Below, in pieces: positions 31,645 through 39,219 of a stretch of 64,000 nt of DNA. This stretch comes from Campylobacterota bacterium (GTDB lineage: Bacteria > Campylobacterota > Campylobacteria > Campylobacterales > Sulfurimonadaceae), in NCBI GenBank assembly GCA_040752835.1, contig JBFMGG010000003.1, forward strand, positions 226,490-290,489. The letters run 5' to 3'. A program made the translations under genes and the position numbers. Below the pieces are notes generated by a model. The model was not told the origin of the DNA. It saw nothing but the letters and a program-made list of their open reading frames with translations, and searched no databases. Each line of letters begins with the position of its first letter. Within the stretch, counting starts at the first letter, position 1.

Positions 31645-31707
31645 GCCGATTTACCCTTTAAGCTTGTTTTTAAGCTAACGGGGGTATAATTTCGGCCTCA
31701 CAAACGT

Positions 31708-31783
31708 GGCCAATTAGCTCAGTTGGTAGAGCAAATGACTGAAAATCATTGTGTCCTTGGTTCGATTCCGAGATTGGCCACCA
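31708..31783 (+). tRNA. tRNA-Phe (anticodon GAA)
   Basis: 76-nt cloverleaf read by eye. Acceptor GGCCAAT/ATTGGCC, D-arm GCTCAGTTGGTAGAGC, anticodon loop CTGAAAA, T-arm CTTGGTTCGATTCCGAG, encoded CCA. TATAAT at 31685-31690 upstream. Confidence 0.95.
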
Positions 31784-31964
31784 CCCTTTAAAACAATTTC
31801 CCCTGATACTTCCTAAGCACTCTTTGAAATCCTAATTTTCGGTTCTTATCGCCCATTAATTTTTTCCGTGTTACATTGTTCCGCTACAGAAGCACGTTTC
31901 GCATCCATACCCTCGTAGATCATCAAGAAGCACGCTTCTGTAAATTCTCGATAAGGGGTTATCC

Positions 31965-32393
31965 ATGTTGCTCACACGTTTCGACCCGTTTAAAGAGTTG
32001 CGTTCGCTCGAAGAACGCTTCCATACCGCTCTCTCAACCGATCCGAAAAAAGATTTTTTCGCCTCGTTCACCCCCTCGGTCAATACTCGGGAGGGGAAAT
32101 ACGCCTACCACATCGACGTCGATCTCCCCGGCGTGAAAAAAGAGGACATCAGCGTCAAGGTGGAGAACAACGTCCTCACCCTCAAAGGGGAACGCAAGAC
32201 CAAAGAAGAGGTGAAAAAAGAGGATTATTACAAGATGGAGAGCAGTTTCGGAAGTTTTACCCGCAGTTTCACCGTCCCTGAAAACGTCGATGCCGAAAAC
32301 ATCCACGCGGAAAACAAAGACGGCGTTCTCGAGATCACCCTCCCCAAGAAAGAAGGAAAAAACAAATCGGCCAAAGAGATCAAAATCAAATAA
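31965..32393 (+). CDS. Hsp20/alpha-crystallin family small heat-shock protein
   Basis: 142 aa. P.V.....G.Y.I.VDLPGVKKEDISVKVENNVLTLKGER... and GVLEITLPK are the alpha-crystallin domain. Confidence 0.9.
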   Translation: MLLTRFDPFKELRSLEERFHTALSTDPKKDFFASFTPSVNTREGKYAYHIDVDLPGVKKEDISVKVENNVLTLKGERKTKEEVKKEDYYKMESSFGSFTRSFTVPENVDAENIHAENKDGVLEITLPKKEGKNKSAKEIKIK

Positions 32394-32409
32394 CGCCGTT
32401 TTGACCCTT

Positions 32410-32628
32410 CTAAAGGAGGCCGTCGCGCTGCATCCGCTCCTGCAAGGCGATCAGGATGTAAGCGCTGACCGTCCCGCCGTGGTAGTCGCGTATTTTCTTC
32501 TCCCATTCGATCGGGATCGTAATGAGTTTTTTCTTTTTCCCTTTCTCCGGCGTGGCCTCTTCGCGCTCGCTCATGGCGGCGGAACTTTTCACTTTTTCAA
32601 TATTCTGTAGAAAACTCTTCTTTGCCAT
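32410..32628 (-). CDS. Small putative ribbon-helix-helix (ParG/CopG-like) partner of the ParA-like ATPase
   Basis: 72 aa. Lys/Glu-rich flexible N-half. The C-half LITIPIEWEKKIRDYHGGTVSAYILIALQERM fits a strand-helix-helix pattern. 44 nt downstream of the ParA-like gene on the same strand. Confidence 0.5.
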   Translation of the reverse strand: MAKKSFLQNIEKVKSSAAMSEREEATPEKGKKKKLITIPIEWEKKIRDYHGGTVSAYILIALQERMQRDGLL

Positions 32629-32641
32629 TTTATATCCTTTA

Positions 32642-32658
32642 TATATGTTTTATATACT
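32642..32658. repeat. 17-nt AT-rich repeat, copy 1 (TATATGTTTTATATACT)
   Basis: Lies between the parA-like stop (32672) and the small ORF start (32628). Matches 33348-33364 at 16/17 positions in the same orientation. Confidence 0.55.
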
Positions 32659-32671
32659 GTTTAAATACTTA

Positions 32672-33313
32672 TTAAATATTCAACAACCCTTTAATCTCTT
32701 CGAACAGTTCGTCCATCTCCTGATCGGCGCGACTGAAAATCCGGTATTCCTTGATGCACTTGCCCTCTCCCACCGAATGGGCAAAATCGACCCGTTGGCG
32801 CAGTACCGATACGAGCAGTTCGAAATGCTCGGACGTGCAGATAAAATCGATCAGTTCCCCGAACCGTTTCATCGAGGGGTTGATATTGTTGAAGACAACG
32901 CGCGTTTTGATCGTCTCCCCCTGAATGTCCGAAAGGCTTTTGAGGATCTCTTCGTATTTTTGCAATCCCATCAGATCAAACGGTTTGTCGCTCACGGGGG
33001 TCAAAAGCAGATCCGAAGCGATGATCGCCACGCGGTTGAACGCGCTGTCAAATCCTCCCGAATCGATGATCGTGACGACATCGTCCGTATCCGCCGCCGC
33101 ATATTCGGCGAGTTCTTCGGCATTCCCGAAATGGAGCATCTCGATCGGTTCCATCCCCTGTTCGCGCCGCAACGCATTGGTCACGGTCAAGGAACGCTGG
33201 GTATCGAGGTCGACAATCCGCGTCGGCATGATTTTCGAAAAATTGACGGCGAGGTTCCAGGCGACGGTCGATTTGCCGACTCCCCCTTTTTGATGCGACA
33301 GGGTAATAATCAT
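32672..33313 (-). CDS. Small ParA/MinD-superfamily partition-type ATPase (type Ib-like)
   Basis: Deviant Walker A SHQKGGVGKST, and Walker B-like VVTIIDSGG. ~213 aa counted from the ATG at 33313 (GGAAGG RBS 8 nt upstream). The track start at 33328 adds 5 residues. Confidence 0.85.
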   Translation of the reverse strand: MIITLSHQKGGVGKSTVAWNLAVNFSKIMPTRIVDLDTQRSLTVTNALRREQGMEPIEMLHFGNAEELAEYAAADTDDVVTIIDSGGFDSAFNRVAIIASDLLLTPVSDKPFDLMGLQKYEEILKSLSDIQGETIKTRVVFNNINPSMKRFGELIDFICTSEHFELLVSVLRQRVDFAHSVGEGKCIKEYRIFSRADQEMDELFEEIKGLLNI

Positions 33314-33347
33314 AAATATACCTTCCATATCTTCTAAATATTAAAAG

Positions 33348-33364
33348 TATATGTTTTAGATACT
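33348..33364. repeat. 17-nt AT-rich repeat, copy 2 (TATATGTTTTAGATACT)
   Basis: 20-35 nt upstream of the parA-like start. Followed by a tandem GACTCAA-N2-GACTCAA (33372-33387). Confidence 0.55.
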
Positions 33365-33413
33365 TAAAGGAGACTCAAGTGACTCAAAAAACCAAAAGCC
33401 TTATTGTGATATA

Positions 33414-33427
33414 ATGATAATTATCAT
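33414..33427. promoter_or_regulatory. Perfect 14-bp palindrome ATGATAATTATCAT (Fur-family-like half sites) overlapping a TGtGATATAAT promoter
   Basis: TATAAT at 33410-33415 with an upstream TG. The palindrome spans 33414-33427, 16 nt before the ATG at 33443. Confidence 0.4.
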
Positions 33428-33442
33428 TAAAAAGGGGAATAA

Positions 33443-34216
33443 ATGGATGCAGCGTCTCTCTCGGCACGCGTGACCGGGCTGATCTCACAAAACCCCGGAA
33501 GCCGCACCTTCAGTTTTGTCGAAGGGGGAGAAAAATACTGGGTCAAACGCCCTGAAGAAGGGGAAGCAAACGGCTGGCACCAAGTCATGTACATCCTCTC
33601 TCGAGTGCTGAACAACAATTTTTTCCGCCCGACCGTCGTTACCGACCCAACGGCGTCATTAGCGTACGAAGCCGGGCGTCTGCGGCAACTTCGCGAGGGG
33701 GGCATCCGTGTCCCCGCAATCGTTCTGCAAACTCCGAACTACCTTGTGCTCGAAGACGCGGGGACTCCGCTGAGCGTCCTGCTGGGAAGCTCGGCAATGA
33801 AACCCGAAGAAAAAAAGCTGCTTGTCTCCCAGCTCTCGAACGCGCTGGCCCAGCTGCACAACCGAGGCTTTTTCCACTCCCGTCCCGCACTCCGCGACAT
33901 TGCCTACAAAGAGGGGGAAATCTATTTCATGGATTTCGAGGAAAACCTCGAAAAAGCGCTGAGTACCGAAGAAGCGATCGTCCGCGACGGATTTTTGTAC
34001 GCGCACACCCTTTACCGCAAACTTCGTTCCCCTGAACTCGCCGAAACGGGGCTCGACGCCTACCATCGTGCGCTACGCCCCGACCTGTGGGATAATCTGA
34101 CTGAAGAGGCCCGCCGCTATCGCATGACGTATCACCTTTTGCGCCCACTGTACCGGTTCCTGGGAAAAGACGGCAAAGCGATCTGCGATACCCTTGCCTA
34201 CTTCAGACGATTTTAA
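33443..34216 (+). CDS. Protein-kinase-like fold protein (Kdo/WaaP/RIO-like family, possibly degenerate)
   Basis: 257 aa. YWVKRPEE, LAQLHNRGFFHSRPALRDIAY and IYFMDFEE resemble the lysine, catalytic-loop and DFG-equivalent regions of small bacterial kinase-like proteins. Assignment is tentative. Confidence 0.45.
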   Translation: MDAASLSARVTGLISQNPGSRTFSFVEGGEKYWVKRPEEGEANGWHQVMYILSRVLNNNFFRPTVVTDPTASLAYEAGRLRQLREGGIRVPAIVLQTPNYLVLEDAGTPLSVLLGSSAMKPEEKKLLVSQLSNALAQLHNRGFFHSRPALRDIAYKEGEIYFMDFEENLEKALSTEEAIVRDGFLYAHTLYRKLRSPELAETGLDAYHRALRPDLWDNLTEEARRYRMTYHLLRPLYRFLGKDGKAICDTLAYFRRF

Positions 34217-35039
34217 AGAGTAAAAGGCTGGACGACATGACCGCCATCCCTGCGACGATTCCCCCCATCGTCGTGTGGGAATTGCCGTAAATCCGCGCGG
34301 AGGGGAGAAGTTCATCCAGACAGATGTATATCATGATCCCCGCCACGAGCCCGAACGTAATCCCCAGCGTCAGTTCCCCCATCAGCGGCATCAAGACGAA
34401 AAAGCCCAATGCCGCCCCCAACGGCTCGGCAAGTCCTGAAAGCAGCGCATAGCCGAACGCTTTTTTCCGCTCCCCCGTCGCGTGATAGATGGGGAGCGAC
34501 ACGGCCATCCCCTCGGGTATGTTGTGAATCGCGACCGCAAGTGCGATACCGATCCCCAACGTCAAAGAATCGAGCGCCGACACAAACGCCGCGAATCCTT
34601 CCGGGAAATTGTGAATCGCGATCGCCACGGCGGTAAAAATACCCGTTCGGCGGAGGGCATGGCGCCGCTTGTCGTCGCGGTGACCCGGTTTGAGCCCGGA
34701 GAGTTCGGCATCGGTTTTGAGTTCGTGGGGGTTGATGTCGTCGGGAATGAGGCGATCGATCGCAAACGCGACGGCAAAGCCCACAAAAAAGCACGCCAAC
34801 ATCGACGCTTCGGCACCCACCTCGCCAAATCGCGGTACAAAGGCGGATTTTGACTTGACGAGGATTTCGGCAAAGGAGATGTAGATCATCACACCGGCCG
34901 AAAATCCCATCCCGACCGAAAGGAGCGCGGTGTTGTCACGGCGGGAAAAAAAAGCCAGCGCCGCCCCTATCCCCGTGGAGAGTCCGGCGAACAGGGTCAG
35001 AGCAAACGCGACCGCCAGTTCCGAAATCGTCAGTTCCAT
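34203..35039 (-). CDS. zupT: ZIP-family zinc transporter ZupT
   Basis: 278 aa, ~8 TM. HNFPEGFA and HNIPEGMAV motifs. Confidence 0.9.
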   Translation of the reverse strand: MELTISELAVAFALTLFAGLSTGIGAALAFFSRRDNTALLSVGMGFSAGVMIYISFAEILVKSKSAFVPRFGEVGAEASMLACFFVGFAVAFAIDRLIPDDINPHELKTDAELSGLKPGHRDDKRRHALRRTGIFTAVAIAIHNFPEGFAAFVSALDSLTLGIGIALAVAIHNIPEGMAVSLPIYHATGERKKAFGYALLSGLAEPLGAALGFFVLMPLMGELTLGITFGLVAGIMIYICLDELLPSARIYGNSHTTMGGIVAGMAVMSSSLLLFKIV

Positions 35040-35131
35040 GCCGAGCCTTTCATCTCATCGATACTGCGATAGTAGCAAATTTTTTCAAAAGCGCGCTATA
35101 ATAAACTGACTAAGCGCTGTAAAGGATCGCA

Positions 35132-35551
35132 ATGAACGAACATGAACTGTTAACCGTTTTCGCCGGGGTTATCGCGGTATGCATGGTCTTTATCACCGCC
35201 GTGATCGTGGTAATCGGGATTATGGCGTTCAAAACGTTCCGGCGCCTCAACGAATTTATCGGCCATGTCCAGAACGAACTGAGTTTTATTTCGACCAAAG
35301 CTGCGGTGACCCTTCACGACGTCAGCGAACTGCTCGCCCATCTCAAAGACGAAACGCGCTCCATCAGCGAAAAATCGCTTCTCGCCCTCCACGAGGTGCG
35401 CGACCTTATCAGCTATATCCATTCCGAAACGCAGTCGCTCGCCCTGAAAGCCTCCAACGGCATCGCCAAAGTGACGATCGGAACACTCGCCATCGGTGCC
35501 ATGTCGCAGATATTCAAGAAAAAATCGAACGAAGGATCTTCGCATGAATGA
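35132..35551 (+). CDS. DUF948-like membrane-anchored helical protein
   Basis: 139 aa. One N-terminal TM (VFAGVIAVCMVFITAVIVVIGIMAF), then a helical region. TATAAT at 35096-35101 upstream. Confidence 0.55.
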   Translation: MNEHELLTVFAGVIAVCMVFITAVIVVIGIMAFKTFRRLNEFIGHVQNELSFISTKAAVTLHDVSELLAHLKDETRSISEKSLLALHEVRDLISYIHSETQSLALKASNGIAKVTIGTLAIGAMSQIFKKKSNEGSSHE

Positions 35552-35861
35552 CGACCACAATCTGTTGAGTTTCATCCTCGGGGCGGCGATCGGGGGAGCG
35601 GCAGCCTATTATCTGCTCAAACACCAGGACGAAATTGCCGAAAAAATCCGCGAAATCGAAGAGGGGATGAACCTGGAGGAAAACGCGCTGATCGAGCAGG
35701 CCAGAAACAAATTCGATGCCCTGGGCGAAGCGATCCGCACCACCTTCCAATCCTCTTCGGCCGATGAAGCCAAACCCTCCCCCGATGAGCTGGCCTCCAT
35801 CATGGAAGAACTTGCGCGGCTGCGCGAGGAGGTTCGCGCCCTTACCCCCAAAGAGGCTTAA
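35544..35861 (+). CDS. YtxH-like protein
   Basis: 105 aa from the ATG at 35544 (overlaps the previous stop, ATGAATGA). N-terminal LSFILGAAIGGAAAYYL, followed by an amphipathic helical tail. Confidence 0.55.
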   Translation: MNDDHNLLSFILGAAIGGAAAYYLLKHQDEIAEKIREIEEGMNLEENALIEQARNKFDALGEAIRTTFQSSSADEAKPSPDELASIMEELARLREEVRALTPKEA

Positions 35862-36941
35862 TCAGCGGCAACGTCCGCTGCCTCTTTTGCGAACAATCCG
35901 AAGAGTCGTAATCGCAAACGCGACGATGGCCGGCCCGAAGACGAATCCCCAGAAACCGAACGTGGCCAATCCTCCGACAATGGCGAAGAAAATGACGAAT
36001 TCGTTCATTTTCCGTTTCCCGTCGCTCATCGCGCGGTTGACGAAGTTCAAAATCACCAGCTTGACGATGTTGTCGATGAAAAACGCCATCACCGCCCACG
36101 AGTAGACGGCAATGACGAGTGCATTGACGATATTTCCCTCAAAATATTCGTTCAACGCGACGGGTACCCACACAAGAGCCGTTCCGACCACCGGTATGAT
36201 CGCCGAAACGGCGGTCATGAATCCCAGCAAAAACGGGTTATAGCCGTCAAAAAATGCAATCAGTCCCCCGAATGCGACCCCCTGCGCGAGCATTACCCCG
36301 CCGAACGTGTAAAACACGACCGCCGTCGTCGTCACCATGTCCGAGAGAAACTCTCTCTTCGCGTCGCGCGCCAGAGGGATGATCGGCAGGAAAAACAAGG
36401 CGATGCTGCGGCCGTACCATGTCAGAAAAAAGAAAAAGACCACGATCATCGCCATTTCGCCGAGCATCGCAATAAAGGTCGTCAGTCCGCTCCCCAGCCA
36501 TGAGGCCAGTGCCGTCACGATCTCGTCTTTATGCACTTTTCCCAGCGCGATGACCGAATACAAAGGCTCCTGAAGCCACGCCAGATACGGCGGGAGCATC
36601 CAGGGCAACGCGTCGATACGGTCGCCCAGGGCCCGCAAGGAGGCGATTGAACTCTCGGGGCGATCGAACAGTTCGTAAACGAACAGGGCGATGGGGACAA
36701 ACATGATCAGCGACAGTCCCAGCGTAACGACGGCGGCGGCAATCGGAGACGCGACCGGTTCGAGTCCGGAAAAACGGCGCAACCGCAGTTCGACAAGACG
36801 GTGCAGCGGATAGACGACCATCGCCAGCAGCAAGGCGAAAAAAAAGCTTTTAAGAAAAGGGAAGAAAAGCCACAGGCAAAGCCCGATGGCACTGAACAAT
36901 ATGAAACGGACGAACAGACGGTTTTCCATGATTTTCCTCAT
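35862..36941 (-). CDS. AI-2E family transporter (PerM/UPF0118)
   Basis: 359 aa, ~8 TM, with a typical PerM-like C-terminal half (IPVVGTALVWVPVAL...). Confidence 0.85.
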   Translation of the reverse strand: MRKIMENRLFVRFILFSAIGLCLWLFFPFLKSFFFALLLAMVVYPLHRLVELRLRRFSGLEPVASPIAAAVVTLGLSLIMFVPIALFVYELFDRPESSIASLRALGDRIDALPWMLPPYLAWLQEPLYSVIALGKVHKDEIVTALASWLGSGLTTFIAMLGEMAMIVVFFFFLTWYGRSIALFFLPIIPLARDAKREFLSDMVTTTAVVFYTFGGVMLAQGVAFGGLIAFFDGYNPFLLGFMTAVSAIIPVVGTALVWVPVALNEYFEGNIVNALVIAVYSWAVMAFFIDNIVKLVILNFVNRAMSDGKRKMNEFVIFFAIVGGLATFGFWGFVFGPAIVAFAITTLRIVRKRGSGRCR

Positions 36942-38701
36942 CCTTGCTGGGAATCGACAAAGCGTTTGAAACGGCCGTCGAGATTTTCAAGCTCTTCCCG
37001 GCTCCCCTCTTCGAGAACGGCACCGTTTTCGAGGACGTAGATGTAATCGGCCTGCGTAATGGTACTCAGGCGATGGGCGATGATAATCACCGTCCGTCCG
37101 CTCAAAAATTCTTCCAACGCTTCGAACAGGGCACTTTCGGTATGGACGTCCAAAGCCGAGGTCGATTCGTCGAAAATGACGGCCCCCGGATCGGAGAGAA
37201 CCATCCGTGCGATCGAAAGGCGCTGCCGCTGCCCCCCCGAGAGCCGGATTCCCAATTTTCCGACCTGCGTTTCCAACCCCTGGGGAAGGGTCCGCACAAA
37301 CGGCTCGAGCTGGGCGATCCGCAGCGCATTCCAGATCACCGCATCGTCGACCGCGTCTCCCATCGTCAGGTTAAAACGGAGCGTGTCGTTAAACATCAGC
37401 GGTTGCTGCAAGACGACGAATACGTTCGCACGCACCCGTTCAAACCCGATTTCACGGACACTCAGCCCATTATACACTATGTCCCCGGCGGTGGGGGGAT
37501 AAAATCCCACCAGTAATTGTGCGAGGGTGCTTTTTCCGCTGCCGCTTGACCCGATCACGGCAATCCGTCCTCCGCGCGGAACGTCGAGCGTTACCCCCCT
37601 TAATACAGGGCGGTCGGGATCGTAACCGAATACGAGTTTGTCCGTGCGGATCGCTATCCCTTTTCCTCCGAAAGGGTCCTGAACGTTTCGGTAGCGGGGT
37701 TCGGAAGGGAGCGCAAGGAGTTCGTTCACCCGTGACAGGGCATTTTTGGCATTGGCATAGCTGTATTGCAGGGACAACAGCTCCTGAACCGGCGTCATCA
37801 TAAACCACAGGTAACCGAACACCCCGAACATCATCCCGATCGAGAGATCCGAATGCAACACCATGACGAGTCCCAGTGCCCGGAACACCTCGAAGCCGCT
37901 CAGAAACAGCGTGTAGGAATAACGCTCACCCGCAAGGGCACGGATACCGTAGAGGGTAGCACTCTCTTTGAGGATGCGCGCCTGCTCGGTCGCACGCGCG
38001 ATGAAACGCTCTTCTTTGTTGCTGGAACGGATCTGGCCGAAAAGATCGCACATCTGGGCGAGGGTATCCGACAGCTCTCCGATGGTCCGGTTCTGCTCTT
38101 TTTTGAGTTTTCCGACGCGGCCCGATATTTTACGGGTCAGCATCATGATCAATGGCTGGAAAATAAGGATAAGGATTCCAAAGAGCGGGTTGATCCAGAT
38201 CAATACGACCGCTACCCCTACCAGCGTCGCGACCGAGACGATCAGCCTGGAAAGCGCTCCCCCCATAAACTGCTCGATTGTTTCGATGTCGGTGACGAGG
38301 TTGGTGACGACCGTTCCGCTTCCGAGGCGTTCGTACGCGCTCATCGAAACGTGTTTGAGATGTTCGAGCGCACGGCGGCGAATGTCGAAACTGATCTCCT
38401 GGGAAAGGGTCACGAAAAATTTCTGGGAAACGACGCTGAGAATGAAAAACACAAACCGCAGGGCGATCGTCACCCCAAGGACGGTCCCGATATACACAAG
38501 CGGTTCGGCAGGGAACCCCGCACGCTCGATCGACGCGGTGATCCATCCCCCTTTTTCCAACAGTACCTCATCCACCAGCAGCGGGATCAACAGCGGGATC
38601 GGGATCGATACGACGGTTGCCGCCAGTGCGATCAGGTTCCCCCACAGCAGGGGAGCCTTGTAACGGCTCATTAAAGAAAGGAGGGTTCTGAAAGTAATCA
38701 T
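36938..38701 (-). CDS. ABC exporter, fused permease/ATPase (MsbA/multidrug-like)
   Basis: 587 aa. 6-TM N-terminal half. Walker A GSSGSGKST, signature LSGGQRQR, Walker B VIFDESTSALD. 4-nt overlap with the downstream AI-2E gene. Confidence 0.9.
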   Translation of the reverse strand: MITFRTLLSLMSRYKAPLLWGNLIALAATVVSIPIPLLIPLLVDEVLLEKGGWITASIERAGFPAEPLVYIGTVLGVTIALRFVFFILSVVSQKFFVTLSQEISFDIRRRALEHLKHVSMSAYERLGSGTVVTNLVTDIETIEQFMGGALSRLIVSVATLVGVAVVLIWINPLFGILILIFQPLIMMLTRKISGRVGKLKKEQNRTIGELSDTLAQMCDLFGQIRSSNKEERFIARATEQARILKESATLYGIRALAGERYSYTLFLSGFEVFRALGLVMVLHSDLSIGMMFGVFGYLWFMMTPVQELLSLQYSYANAKNALSRVNELLALPSEPRYRNVQDPFGGKGIAIRTDKLVFGYDPDRPVLRGVTLDVPRGGRIAVIGSSGSGKSTLAQLLVGFYPPTAGDIVYNGLSVREIGFERVRANVFVVLQQPLMFNDTLRFNLTMGDAVDDAVIWNALRIAQLEPFVRTLPQGLETQVGKLGIRLSGGQRQRLSIARMVLSDPGAVIFDESTSALDVHTESALFEALEEFLSGRTVIIIAHRLSTITQADYIYVLENGAVLEEGSREELENLDGRFKRFVDSQQG

Positions 38702-38739
38702 GACGTCATTATATCCATACTATGGTGTATAATTCCGTC

Positions 38740-38976
38740 ATCAATTCCGAACGAGGGACTATGGCAAAAGGGTTCGGCGGGAAATATTTCTCGCTTCAGG
38801 CAATCACCGCAACGGTCAACGCAACGACGCTGCACAACCATTTCGTGCGGACCCGGAACTGCCATAACCGCCGTTATGCCGCCTTGGATGAGAGCATCGG
38901 CGATCCCCCTCCCGACGATGCCGATCTCCTCCTCGAAACGATCGAACCCTTCACCCCGAAGGTCTCCCGCTGCCAG
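38740..38976 (+). promoter_or_regulatory. Candidate cobalamin (B12) riboswitch in the metE leader
   Basis: A TGTATAAT promoter lies at 38726-38733. Downstream, in the expected order: GAGGGA; CACCGCAACGGTCAA (compare CCCGCAACTGTAA); GCGGACCCGGAACTGCCAT (compare E. coli btuB GCGGACACTGCCAT); and CCCGAAGGTCTCCCGCTGCC (compare the B12-box CCCGAAGACCTGCC). Eye alignment only. Confidence 0.45.
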
Positions 38977-39219
38977 TGCCACTGTAACCGTTTTTTCGGC
39001 CGCCGCACGCGGTGCGTACTTTTCGTCTCGTCATTCGTCCCCAGACTCCGTTTTTTATTCCGACACTTTCATACCGATACCTCTCCGCCCCTCGAAACAC
39101 CCCCTTTTTCGTTTTAATCCGCACCATTGTCCGTCATGTCATGACACCCGTTTGATGCAATAACGGAGATTTGTCCTAAAACATGACCTTACCGTTTGAT
39201 ATCTGTAAGGAAACGCATT

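Noticed and set aside
31814-31822. TAAGCACTC upstream of hsp20, an 8/9 match to the left arm of the CIRCE operator (TTAGCACTC-N9-GAGTGCTAA).
   Set aside because: The required right arm GAGTGCTAA is absent 9 nt downstream (the sequence there is CTAATTTTC). A lone half site is not evidence of HrcA control.
31783-35100. The region after the tRNA-Phe 3' end (hsp20, RHH-ParA, kinase-like, zupT) as an integrated mobile element.
   Set aside because: There is no integrase, recombinase, transposase or relaxase. I could find no repeat of the tRNA-Phe 3' end by eye. Only the short intergenic stretches around parA are AT-rich. It is reported only as a ParA cassette, not as a mobile element.
38722-39117. 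A 131-aa plus-strand ORF (and a 94-aa minus-strand ORF at 38698-38982) inside the metE upstream region.
   Set aside because: The translation degenerates into Arg/Cys/Phe/Pro-rich sequence with no family resemblance, and no convincing RBS is present. The region carries ordered cobalamin-riboswitch-like blocks, so a structured leader is the better explanation.
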